Of a stretch of 34,642 bases of DNA, positions 1-10,089 are shown one piece after another. Position 1 is the first letter of the stretch, and each line of letters starts with the position of its first letter. The stretch is from the NCBI GenBank assembly GCA_025357995.1, contig JANYLF010000192.1:1-34642 (forward strand), written 5' to 3'. The stretch comes from Acidimicrobiia bacterium (GTDB lineage Bacteria > Actinomycetota > Acidimicrobiia > IMCC26256 > JAENVU01). The position numbers and the translations under genes are program-made. Under the pieces are notes generated by a model. The model saw only the letters and a list, made by a program, of their open reading frames with translations. It was not told where the DNA came from and did not search any database.

Positions 1-14
1 TCAGATGCTGCCGA

Positions 15-728
15 TCAGAACAACGGGGACCAGGCGACGGTGCGCAACATGCGACTCTCCCAGTCGTCGCGTACGCGCAGTGCATCGTGCATCCAGGTTC
101 CGGGCGCTCGGTGCTCCTCCGGTACCTCGGACGTGAGCAGCCCGAGCAGGCCCGACGGGCGGGTGACCTTCTGCCACAGAATCACTTCACGATGCTTCGC
201 GGCCGCACCCCAGGCCGGGGTGAAGACCGCCTGAAGTTCGAGGAGGGAGCGGCCACCATGGCGGCCTTCCGCGAGACTCGGCGCGTAGTTGTCGCGCGCG
301 GCCTCGAGGTACTCCTCGAGCATGCCCGCGTGCGGCCATGCGGTGTCTTCCATGAACAGCGTGAGATCGTGTTCGCCACCGTCCGTGGGAACGTGCGCGA
401 AGTCGACTTCTTGAAGCGGCGACCACTCGGCCGGCACGACTGCCTTCGCAGTCACGTCCCAGCGCAGCTGGTCGAATTTGCGGGCAGTAGCGCGGAGATC
501 TCCGCGTTGGAGTCTCCAGACCAGGTCTTCCCACGCGGCGCCGTTGCGTACCGCGGTGAGCGTGACGAAGTTGTAGGCCCGACCGGTTCCGTGGGTAAGG
601 CGCATGAAGTAGAGCAGCCGCGCGTCGTCCGTCTGGGCCAGCTTGGGCATCAACTCGTCGCGGAAGCTGGCTTCGAACTCGTCTTCGTGCGCACCCATCA
701 CGCGGTGAACTTCGTGAATGAAGAGCAT
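15..728 (-). CDS. NIPSNAP-like / tandem alpha-beta-barrel domain protein, function unknown
   Basis: 237-aa ORF with an ATG start and G/C-rich third positions. It has two internally similar halves (MLFIHEVHRV...WEDL and LTLFMEDTAW...WESR). Its start lies 9 nt downstream of the stop of the selenoprotein gene on the same strand, so co-transcription is likely. The family call is from memory, not searched. Confidence 0.6.
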   Translation of the reverse strand: MLFIHEVHRVMGAHEDEFEASFRDELMPKLAQTDDARLLYFMRLTHGTGRAYNFVTLTAVRNGAAWEDLVWRLQRGDLRATARKFDQLRWDVTAKAVVPAEWSPLQEVDFAHVPTDGGEHDLTLFMEDTAWPHAGMLEEYLEAARDNYAPSLAEGRHGGRSLLELQAVFTPAWGAAAKHREVILWQKVTRPSGLLGLLTSEVPEEHRAPGTWMHDALRVRDDWESRMLRTVAWSPLF

Positions 729-737
729 GGGCGGACG

Positions 738-1265
738 CTATCGCTCGGCGACGGGCTCCGTGATCGCGGCGAGGATTGCTTCGAGCGCGACGTCGGCGAG
801 CGCGCGCAATTCCTCATCCGTCCGGTCCTGAATGGGGTGGGGGACAAAGACCACGGCTGGGTCCGCACCCAGCGCGGCGGACTGCGCCGCGGCCGCGTCG
901 ATGAACTCGGTGGACGCGAGGAACACACCGGGCGTTCCGGCGGCTTCGAGGTTCACGATGTCGTGCACACTGCACGACGTGCACGAGCCTCAATCGGCGA
1001 GGGCCTCGATCACCACATCGCACTTGGTGGAGATCTCGTGGCGCAGGTCGATCGGGGCCGGCTTGGTGAAGGTGGGCTTCGCGAACCGCAAGACGGTGTG
1101 ACCGCGCGTTTCGAGTTGTTCCGCGAGACGATCGAGGAAGACGTCTCCGCGTGCCTTCGTGATATCGAGCAAGCCGATCGTCGCGCCGTCGAGCGTGGCC
1201 GGTCGTTTCGCGCGCTCGCGGGTGCCGGGCGCGCGTTCGCTGGTCGGGTCGAGCACTGTGGTCAT
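738..1265 (-). CDS. UGSC-family selenoprotein (175 aa) with in-frame TGA = selenocysteine at 990..992
   Basis: ORFs 990..1517 and 738..968 are in the same frame and are separated only by the TGA at 990..992. Read-through gives ...KCDVVIEALAD-U-GSCTSCSVHDIVNLEAAG.... The ATG at 1263..1265 overlaps the upstream gene's stop (ATGA). The downstream fragment has no ATG or SD of its own. A perfect hairpin lies 11 nt after the UGA. Confidence 0.75.
960..978 (-). promoter_or_regulatory. candidate bacterial SECIS hairpin
   Basis: The mRNA sense reads UGA-GGCUCGUGCAC-GUCGUGCA-GUG-UGCACGAC. This is an 8-bp perfect stem (or 7 bp with an AGUGU loop) starting exactly 11 nt after the UGA, with G/U in the apical loop. 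Flanking GGCU...AGCC could extend a lower stem. Confidence 0.5.
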
Positions 1266-2695
1266 GAACGCAGCTCTCTGGTCACCGGTTCGGACCCCAT
1301 CTTCCCACTTGCCCACCCGCCGATGATGCCGGAGAACAAACCGGCGCCTCCGCCGGCATGGGCGATGAGCATTCCGCCATCGCGGAACTTGGGCAAGGTG
1401 AGTTCGGCCAGCGATTCCGGGATCCCCTCCTCGATGCCACTCGCGCCTCGCACCATCTCCCGGCCGTCGATCTGGAGCAGTGCGCCGATCTCCTCGCGAA
1501 AGCGCGCCTTCGACCATCCCGCCTCTTCGTAGACACGGAGGTGATCGGGGGTGATGACCAACATCGCGTCGAACGCGAGTGGCAGCTTCGGATGTGCGGT
1601 CGTGCGCAGGCAGGCGGCGAAGCTCCGGGTGAGTGATTCGGGCGTGCGCGAGATCTGGTCGACGATGCCACGTACGCCCTCACCCGCGAAGAGGGTCACC
1701 GTGTTCTGGCTCGCCTGGTACCCGCGCTCCACGTGCATGGGTTCCCAGAACGCATCTTCGTGCTCGGCGAAGCAGCACGTGTACTTGCCGGGCTGGCCGA
1801 GGGTGGCGCGATCGACTTCGCCGGGTCGACCGCCGCCCACGTTGCGAATCACGAGTTGAAGCGCGCGGCCGATCGTTGCGTTGGCGCGGTTGCCAGGGCC
1901 GAGCGCGTTGATGCCGCTGTTCATGCCGATGGCGCGCGTGATCGGCCCGTTGACGACGATGACGGGCCCACTGAACCAAGTGGTAGCGAGGAGGCCGTGC
2001 ATGTTGAAATCGTCGGTGCACGCGGCCTCCACCGCGGCGAGGACCACCGGGAGATACTCCGGAAGACACCCCGCCATGACCGCGTTGATCGCCACTTTCT
2101 CGACAGTGCACTCGACGAGGTCGGGCGGAATCACCGCCACGATGTCCTGCGCACCGCGCGTCGTTCCGGCCAGCATCCGCACGACTCGCGCGGGTGTAGG
2201 TGGGACGACCGGCAGGCCGTCTGACCAGCCGCGGGCGAACATGGCCTCGGCGTCGTCCTCTTCGTCGCCCAGATCGACGCGACGGGCGCGGAGATCACGC
2301 TCGCCTTCGCGAGTGGCGCGCGCAGCCGCGATCGCCGGGTCCTGAGTGCGAGAACCACATCCCGGCCGGTAGGGCGGCAGGTTCGCGCCGAGCGCGTCGA
2401 CGCCGGTGAACTCGATCCATTCGGGCTGACTCCATCCGACGATGCGCGCCACTTCCTTGCCGTCTTCGACGCGAAGGAGTGTGGGGACGGTGTCGAGTTC
2501 GAGCGCGAAACTCACCTCCAGCTCGCGGTCGTCCAGCGCACCGCCGATGGACTCGGGGAAGCTCGGATCGTCCTGCGAGTAGACGGTGACCGCACCGGGA
2601 TACGACGCGCGCAGCTCGGCGAGGACGGGCGCCAGGAGGGTGCACGTGGGACAATCGCGCTTGACGATCGCCACAATGCCGTCCGTCAGCTGCAT
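1262..2695 (-). CDS. thioredoxin-fold (CPTC) domain fused to a large uncharacterised C-terminal domain
   Basis: 477-aa ORF. The N-terminal ~100 aa look Trx-like, with a redox motif (KRDCPTCTLLAP) and a VPTLL strand. An acidic linker follows, then a ~350-aa domain (GWSDGLPVVPPT...NAVMAGC...GPGNRANATIGRA) that I cannot assign. Its stop overlaps the selenoprotein ATG. Confidence 0.8.
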   Translation of the reverse strand: MQLTDGIVAIVKRDCPTCTLLAPVLAELRASYPGAVTVYSQDDPSFPESIGGALDDRELEVSFALELDTVPTLLRVEDGKEVARIVGWSQPEWIEFTGVDALGANLPPYRPGCGSRTQDPAIAAARATREGERDLRARRVDLGDEEDDAEAMFARGWSDGLPVVPPTPARVVRMLAGTTRGAQDIVAVIPPDLVECTVEKVAINAVMAGCLPEYLPVVLAAVEAACTDDFNMHGLLATTWFSGPVIVVNGPITRAIGMNSGINALGPGNRANATIGRALQLVIRNVGGGRPGEVDRATLGQPGKYTCCFAEHEDAFWEPMHVERGYQASQNTVTLFAGEGVRGIVDQISRTPESLTRSFAACLRTTAHPKLPLAFDAMLVITPDHLRVYEEAGWSKARFREEIGALLQIDGREMVRGASGIEEGIPESLAELTLPKFRDGGMLIAHAGGGAGLFSGIIGGWASGKMGSEPVTRELRS

Positions 2696-2743
2696 CCCTT
2701 CAGCCTGACGGCCGCACGGCGTGCTCGCAAGTGTTCTCGTGCC

Positions 2744-4545
<1,802 letters not shown>

Positions 4546-4559
<14 letters not shown>

Positions 4560-5283
4560 CGTTGCGTCCGTTCGATTGGCCGACAAACGCATCGATGTCA
4601 TAGCCGCGGTCTTCCCAGTAGCCGGGGACGACCTTGTCGACGACTTCGATTCCGTCGAGCCACTTGATCGACTTGTAGCCGTACATCGGTGCGACGTACA
4701 GCCGGACTGGTCCGCCGTGATCACTCGAGATCGGCTTGCCGTCGAGTTGGTACGCAACGATGACGTCGTCGAGTCGGGCTTGGCTCATCGTGAGGCTCTC
4801 GGTATACGTGCCGTCGAAGCTGGTGAGCCGGAGCGCCTTGCCGGCGCTCTGGACGCCGGCACGGTCGAGGAGATCGGCGAGTCGCACGCCGCGCCATTTC
4901 ACGCCGGTCACGCGCCACCCGGTCACGCACTGAAAGTCGCGGTCGAGCAACTTTGGGGGCAGGGCCGTGAGTTGGTCGTAGGTGAGTGTGAACGGCCGGT
5001 CGACGAGACCACTGACGCGCAGTGAATAGTCGGCGGTGGCGCGGCTCGGGTAGTCGCCGGTCACGGTGTAGTAGCGCCAGCCGCCACCACCTGGGAGCAG
5101 CGCGGTCAGACCAGTGGGGTCGTCCTTGGCGAGTTGCTGATACCAGTTCGATACGGAGGACCCGGTGAGCACGCCGACGGCGCCGAGTCCGAGCAGTCCG
5201 AGAAACAGGCGACGGCCGACCGGAGTCCCGCGTGCATCGTCAGGGGTTTCACTCCCCATCTCGATTGCGCTCGGCTCATCCAT
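4546..5283 (-). CDS. molybdopterin-dependent oxidoreductase (sulfite-oxidase / MsrP-YedY-like) with Tat signal
   Basis: There is a twin-arginine signal (GRRLFLGLLGLGAVG). FQCVTGW, GVRLADLL, GGPVRLYVP-like and YGYKSIKWL motifs are typical of the oxidoreductase molybdopterin-binding domain. Confidence 0.85.
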
Positions 5284-5358
5284 CAGGACACCAGGCTACG
5301 GGTCGGCCCGGCCTGATGGACGTCGGATCCCCTTACGATCCTCGGAACTCGACGCTGG

Positions 5359-6765
5359 TTACTCCTGGCCCAGGGTGATGACGTCGGCGAAGGACTGCTC
5401 CAGGCAGCTCATGAACACATCGCGGTCGGGGATGGCCACGGCATCGAGGTTCACGCCGATACAGCACGTGCCGCAGTGCGAGAGGAGCGTGACGTTGAGT
5501 GCGGATCCCGAGAGCGGGCTGAATGCGTACATCCGCTCGAGTTCCGCGCCGCCCGCGAAGATCGGGAATGGGGCCCCGGGGACGTTGGATGTCACGAAGT
5601 CGGCACCCTTCAGCATCGAACCGAAGATCGCGGTCGTGACCGTGGTGGGCAGTTGGTTGAGGACCCCGGCGAGCGCGTCGGTCAGCGCGACCGCGGGCTC
5701 GTCTCGTATCAGGCGCGTGAGGCGACCGATCTCGACGATTCGTTCCGCCGGATCTTTGATTCCCATCGGTACGAGAAACCGAGCCGGAGTGAAATGGTTC
5801 CCGCCGAGACTCGCCGAGTTCTCGCGCAGGTTGATCGGCATCACCATGCGGAGATCGTCGACGTGTTCGCCGTGGAACTCGTGGTACTTCGCCAATCCGC
5901 CGATGACCGCCGCGACGAAGGCATCGTTCAACGACCCGCCGGCCGCCTTGCCCGCGCGTTTGAGGTCGTCGAGTGAGATATCGGTCATGCCGAGCGATCG
6001 TGCCAACGTGCGCGCACGCATGATCGGCGAGTGGGGCACAGTGGCCGGAGCGAGGTACCGCGCGATCGAGCTACTCACCTCGACGGCGTGCGTCACGGTT
6101 TCGCGCGGGTGGCGCGCGACCGCGTTCGAACCAGTCCACACGTCGATCGCCGCGCGCCGGGCCATGCCGAAGAGGCGACGTCGGCGATGACTCAACGACT
6201 TGAGCACGAGGTCGGTAGGGCCGAACGTGGGGATCGCCTCGACCTGGTCGAGCGGTCCGACGTCGGCCGGCTCGCGTTCGAAGTCGAACAGCATCAGCAG
6301 CAGCTTCATGCCGCCCACACCGTCGGTCATCGAGTGATGCACCTTCATGATGAACGCGGCGCGACCACCTTCAAGCCCCTCGACGAGGGTGTACTCCCAC
6401 AGCGGCCGCGAGCGATCGAACCCGGCCATGGCCGCGGTGCGCGCGAGGTCGAGGACTGCTTCGTCGGTCGGCTCGCAGACCCGCACTCGCCGCAAGTGGT
6501 ACATCAGGTCGAAGTGCTCGTCACCGGACCAATGCGGTGGGCCCATCCGGAGCAGGGGAGTGGCGACGCGTTGGCGCATACGCGGGATGAGCCAGGCGCC
6601 GCGGTCGATGCGTGCCACCAGCCGGTTCCAATCGGGCGCGCGGTCGAAGAACAGCACCGTCACGATCGTGGATCGGAGCAGCGGGTCTTTCTCGATGTTC
6701 CACATCAGCGCATCCGAGTCGCTCATGTGCGCCTCGAAACGCTCGACGTCCTGCGGTCCGGGCAT
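5359..6765 (-). CDS. wax ester synthase / diacylglycerol acyltransferase (WS/DGAT) family
   Basis: It has the catalytic HHSMTDGVGG (HHxxxDG) motif and a C-terminal NVPGP motif. The ATG at 6765 is preceded by GGGGAGAG 5-6 nt upstream. The ORF-track ATG at 6795 is an alternative start. Confidence 0.9.
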   Translation of the reverse strand: MPGPQDVERFEAHMSDSDALMWNIEKDPLLRSTIVTVLFFDRAPDWNRLVARIDRGAWLIPRMRQRVATPLLRMGPPHWSGDEHFDLMYHLRRVRVCEPTDEAVLDLARTAAMAGFDRSRPLWEYTLVEGLEGGRAAFIMKVHHSMTDGVGGMKLLLMLFDFEREPADVGPLDQVEAIPTFGPTDLVLKSLSHRRRRLFGMARRAAIDVWTGSNAVARHPRETVTHAVEVSSSIARYLAPATVPHSPIMRARTLARSLGMTDISLDDLKRAGKAAGGSLNDAFVAAVIGGLAKYHEFHGEHVDDLRMVMPINLRENSASLGGNHFTPARFLVPMGIKDPAERIVEIGRLTRLIRDEPAVALTDALAGVLNQLPTTVTTAIFGSMLKGADFVTSNVPGAPFPIFAGGAELERMYAFSPLSGSALNVTLLSHCGTCCIGVNLDAVAIPDRDVFMSCLEQSFADVITLGQE

Positions 6766-6843
6766 CGTTCTCTCCCCACGTGCTCGAGCCCGCATCCTAC
6801 GAGATCGGCGCCCGAAGGCCAGCTGGCGCCGCGACTCGGTTCG

Positions 6844-7569
6844 CTACCGGATCTCGTAGACGACCTTCACGTGGATCTGGAGGTCTTGGGTGCCGGCGGA
6901 GACCGGGATCGCCGGCGCCGCGTCGGCACTCAACCGTGCAAACCCGGCTTGCAGCACCCCGTTCGGCTGGTCTTGCTGCTCGACGATGGTGCGAACCGCG
7001 CCGAGACCCACGTGCGCCGCCTTCGCGAGTTGCGCGGCCTGATCGTGCGCGGCGACCACTGCCCGGCTGCGCGCCGCGCGCACGACCGGGCCGGTGTCTT
7101 CGATCGAGAGGCTGATCGAATCCACGCGCAGATCGTCGCCCGCGAGCTTCGCCGCGGCGTCGATCACCTTGCCCGCGTTGGGGACATCGTGGGTCTTGGC
7201 GCTCATTCGGGTCGAGACCGTGTAGCCCGTGATGCGACCGCGGTTGTCGAAGGTGGGGTACATCGAGATGTTCGTGGTATGGATGTCCTTCTCGGCGACG
7301 CCGACGAACCGCATTGCCGCGATCACGCCTTCGACGCGCTTCGCGTTGGTCGTGAGCGCTTCGGTGGCGCTGGCGCCGCGGGAGTCCGCCCCCAGGGCGA
7401 TCGTCGCGGTGTCGGGAACTCCGGTCGCGGTGCCCGTGGCGGTCCCGGTGATTGTGCCGACGGTGTGATCGGTCGCCGCGCCCGCGTTGGCATTCGTGCA
7501 GCCGGTCATCGCGAGGAGGAGCACGGCTGCTCCGACGGTTGTCAGCGTGGCGGGTGAGGGATGGCGCAT
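6844..7569 (-). CDS. SIMPL/DUF541-domain lipoprotein
   Basis: It reads MRHPSPATLTTVGAAVLLLAMTGC (signal peptide plus lipobox), followed by a SIMPL-like body (GYTVSTRM...DSISLSIED...). The 159-aa extension in the ORF track is Arg/His/Pro-rich and judged spurious. Confidence 0.8.
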   Translation of the reverse strand: MRHPSPATLTTVGAAVLLLAMTGCTNANAGAATDHTVGTITGTATGTATGVPDTATIALGADSRGASATEALTTNAKRVEGVIAAMRFVGVAEKDIHTTNISMYPTFDNRGRITGYTVSTRMSAKTHDVPNAGKVIDAAAKLAGDDLRVDSISLSIEDTGPVVRAARSRAVVAAHDQAAQLAKAAHVGLGAVRTIVEQQDQPNGVLQAGFARLSADAAPAIPVSAGTQDLQIHVKVVYEIR

Positions 7570-7707
7570 GGCACTGCTCCGGCTCGGGATCGGGACCTCG
7601 GTTCGACGTCCGGAAACGGCCTCCGGTTCCTGAACTTCTTGCACATGCCGTGCTGATTGGTGTTTGCGGTTGCGGTCTCGACCCCCGACCCCCACAATGG
7701 CGGGGCA

Positions 7708-8244
7708 ATGCCAGACGTGCACTCCGATTCCACGATCGAAGGTGCTCCGGACGGCGGTGGGGACGAAGGAGTGGTTGGTGGTCCGACGTTGACCCTTCGG
7801 CCGGGCCTGGTTTTTCGGGTGCTCGGACCCGTCCTGGTGACGGTCGGGTTGCTCGGTGCCGCGGCGGGCGTGCTTCCGGCGCTGGTCCTTGCGGTGATCG
7901 GGATCGCGCTCCTGGCCACCTGGTTCCCGCAGATCACCGTGAACGACCACGAGATCGTCATTCGGCGAGTCATCTCGAGGGAAGTGGTGCGGTTCGACGC
8001 GATGGACGAGGTTCGTCTGCGCCGCGTTCCCTTCGGGCCGAAGCATGCGCTGCGACGAACGTACCGGTTCGGCCGGTTTTCCACCACGCCGATTCGCCTG
8101 CGCCTCATGCGGAATGACGACACGATTGCGCAGGTCACGGTGGTGTTCTGGGAAGGCTGGCCCGGACTGGTCCGCTACCTGCTCTCGATCCCGACGATCA
8201 CGTCGGATAGCCGCACGCGCGGTCGCCTCGATCGCTACAGCTGA
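7708..8244 (+). CDS. membrane protein with C-terminal PH-like domain, hypothetical
   Basis: Start is taken at ATG 7708. Two hydrophobic helices (VLGPVLVTVGLLGAAAGVLPALVLAVIGIALLA) are followed by a soluble domain (ITVNDHEIVIRRVISREVVRFD...). Codon bias is consistent with coding. Confidence 0.6.
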   Translation: MPDVHSDSTIEGAPDGGGDEGVVGGPTLTLRPGLVFRVLGPVLVTVGLLGAAAGVLPALVLAVIGIALLATWFPQITVNDHEIVIRRVISREVVRFDAMDEVRLRRVPFGPKHALRRTYRFGRFSTTPIRLRLMRNDDTIAQVTVVFWEGWPGLVRYLLSIPTITSDSRTRGRLDRYS

Positions 8245-8292
8245 TTTCCGCCTCCCGGCGGATTTGGCGGATTCGTCGGTTGACTTTCCTAG

Positions 8293-8314
8293 ATCCGGAT
8301 GTTTATTATCCGGA
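8293..8314. promoter_or_regulatory. candidate operator: repeated ATCCGGA(T) in a local AT-rich patch at the Rrf2 gene start
   Basis: The sequence reads agATCCGGATgtttattATCCGGAgtATG. The palindromic 8-mer ATCCGGAT is repeated 15 nt later. This is the only markedly AT-rich spot in the region. Confidence 0.35.
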
Positions 8315-8316
8315 GT

Positions 8317-8805
8317 ATGAAGCTCTCAGATGGGATCGAGTGGGGCATCCACGTGACCACCCTGCTTGCGGTCCTCCCGCCTGAAGGCGCGCTCCCGGCC
8401 GCTCGGCTCGCCGAGTTCCACGGTGTGCCCGCGGCCTACCTGGCCAAACACCTCCAGGCGTTGAGTCGGGCGGGGATCTTGGCCTCGATCCACGGGCCGC
8501 GTGGTGGCTACCGGCTGGCGAAGCCCGCCACGGAGATCACCGTGCTCGACGTGGTGGAAGCAATCGACGGGACCGAGCCCGCGTTCCGCTGCAACGAGAT
8601 CCGACGGCGCGGCCCGACCGCACAACCGGCCGCGGCGTATCCGCTCCCCTGCGGAATCCACCGCGTCATGGTGAGCGCCGACCTGGTGTGGCGCGCGTCG
8701 TTGCGCTCGGTGACCGTCGCCGACCTGGTGACAACGGTGGCGAACGACGGCGACCCCGCGGGACTCGTCGCCGGCGCGAAATGGATCAGGGATGCACTCG
8801 CATGA
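8317..8805 (+). CDS. Rrf2-family transcriptional regulator
   Basis: It reads MKLSDGIEWGIHVTTLLA...LAEFHGVPAAYLAKHLQALSRAGILASIHGPRGGYRLAK, the canonical Rrf2 wHTH. Only two Cys (FRC, LPC) are present, so there is no obvious three-Cys cluster site. Confidence 0.85.
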   Translation: MKLSDGIEWGIHVTTLLAVLPPEGALPAARLAEFHGVPAAYLAKHLQALSRAGILASIHGPRGGYRLAKPATEITVLDVVEAIDGTEPAFRCNEIRRRGPTAQPAAAYPLPCGIHRVMVSADLVWRASLRSVTVADLVTTVANDGDPAGLVAGAKWIRDALA

Positions 8806-8827
8806 ACGTCACGATTGAGGAGAAGGT

Positions 8828-10048
8828 ATGAACCAGCGCGTGGTGGTGGTCGGTGGCGGATTGGCCGGGCTCACGAGTGCGGTGACCGCCGCGGATTTGG
8901 GTGCCGATGTGTTGTTACTCGAAGCGCGCGAGAGCATCGGCGGGCGGGCGCGTACGAACGTGGTCGACGGTTTCTCGTTCAACCAAGGTCCGCACGCGCT
9001 GTACGCCAAGTCGAGTGGCATGCAAGTCCTGAAGGAGTTCGGAATCACTCCGAAGGGCAAGCTCGCACCGACGGTGGGTGGGTTCGGCCTCTACCGGGGT
9101 GAACTCGCGTTGCTGCCGGGTACGTCACCGCGCGCGCTCCAGACGTCGCTTCTCGGATTGCGAGCGAAGGCGCAACTCGCGCGGGTGCTCGCACGGCCCG
9201 CGAAAACGTTGCGGACGCCCACCGAAGGGCGTTCGATGGCGCAGTGGATCTCCGAGCGGGTCACCGATCCCGGTGCTATCGCCGCGCTCGCGGGATTGGC
9301 GCGCCTGACGACGTACGTCGGCGATCTCGACGATCTCGCGGCCGACGCCGCGGTTTCCCAACTCGTCAGCGGTTTGCTCGACGGCGTGGTCTACCTCGAC
9401 GGTGGATGGGCGCAACTCGTCGACGCGTTGCGCGAGAAAGCCGTCGCGGTGGGTGTCAAGATCGATACCGAAGCCAAGATCACGTCGGTGTCTGAGATCG
9501 AAGACGCCGAAGCGATCGTCCTCGCCGTCGGCGGCCCGGAACAGACCGCGCGCCTGATCGGCAACGCCAGCGCGGCGGCCCCGAGGTGGGCGGCGGAGGC
9601 TCGGCCGGTGACCGCAGCGTGCCTGGATCTCGGGCTGTCCCACCTCCCGTTCCCGGACCGGCGGTTCTGTCTCGGTCTCGACGATCCACTGTATTTCTCG
9701 GTGCACTCGGCCTCTGCGGTGCTCGCGCCCGAGGGCAAGGAAATGCTGCACGTCATGAAGCTCGGCGACCCGACGGAGGACCCTCGCGGTGACATCGAGG
9801 CGTACCTCGATGTGGTGCAGCCGGGGTGGCGCGAGTGCGTCGTGACCGAGCAATACGGGCGTCGCTTGGTGGTGAGTCACGATCGTCCCCGCCCGAGCGT
9901 GGGGATCGGCGGACGGCCCGGACCCGTGATCGAGGATTGTCCGGGCGTGTTCGTGGCCGGCGATTGGGTCGGCCCGGTGGGGATGCTCGCCGACGCATCG
10001 TTCGCGAGCGGCTCGGCTGCAGGGCGAGCCGCCGTTGTGGCAACCTGA
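8828..10048 (+). CDS. NAD(P)/FAD-dependent oxidoreductase (amine-oxidase / phytoene-desaturase-like)
   Basis: The N-terminal dinucleotide fold is VVVVGGGLAGLTSAVTAADLGADVLLLEARESIGGR. A strong SD (GAGGAGAAGG) precedes the ATG, and the gene starts 22 nt after the Rrf2 stop. Confidence 0.85.
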   Translation: MNQRVVVVGGGLAGLTSAVTAADLGADVLLLEARESIGGRARTNVVDGFSFNQGPHALYAKSSGMQVLKEFGITPKGKLAPTVGGFGLYRGELALLPGTSPRALQTSLLGLRAKAQLARVLARPAKTLRTPTEGRSMAQWISERVTDPGAIAALAGLARLTTYVGDLDDLAADAAVSQLVSGLLDGVVYLDGGWAQLVDALREKAVAVGVKIDTEAKITSVSEIEDAEAIVLAVGGPEQTARLIGNASAAAPRWAAEARPVTAACLDLGLSHLPFPDRRFCLGLDDPLYFSVHSASAVLAPEGKEMLHVMKLGDPTEDPRGDIEAYLDVVQPGWRECVVTEQYGRRLVVSHDRPRPSVGIGGRPGPVIEDCPGVFVAGDWVGPVGMLADASFASGSAAGRAAVVAT

Positions 10049-10089
10049 CCGGGCGCGCGACGCGGCATCTCAGGCGAGGGGAACGGTTG

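Noticed and set aside
87-1532. 481-aa ORF on the plus strand
   Set aside because: It runs antisense across three minus-strand genes that have coherent, motif-bearing products. Its own translation is Arg/Gly/Pro/Glu-rich low complexity, typical of antisense frames in high-GC DNA.
6031-7557. 508-aa plus-strand ORF
   Set aside because: It is antisense to the WS/DGAT and SIMPL genes. The product is Arg/Asp/His/Gly-rich with no domain signature.
7670-7707. Possible promoter (TTGCGG ... CACAAT) giving a near-leaderless transcript for the 7708 gene
   Set aside because: Hexamer matches are weak, and such matches are common by chance. There is no independent support from sequence alone.
7570-8046. 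159-aa N-terminal extension of the SIMPL ORF (6844..8046)
   Set aside because: The extension is His/Arg/Asp/Pro-rich and overlaps the plus-strand membrane protein gene. A clean signal peptide plus lipobox begins at the internal ATG at 7569.
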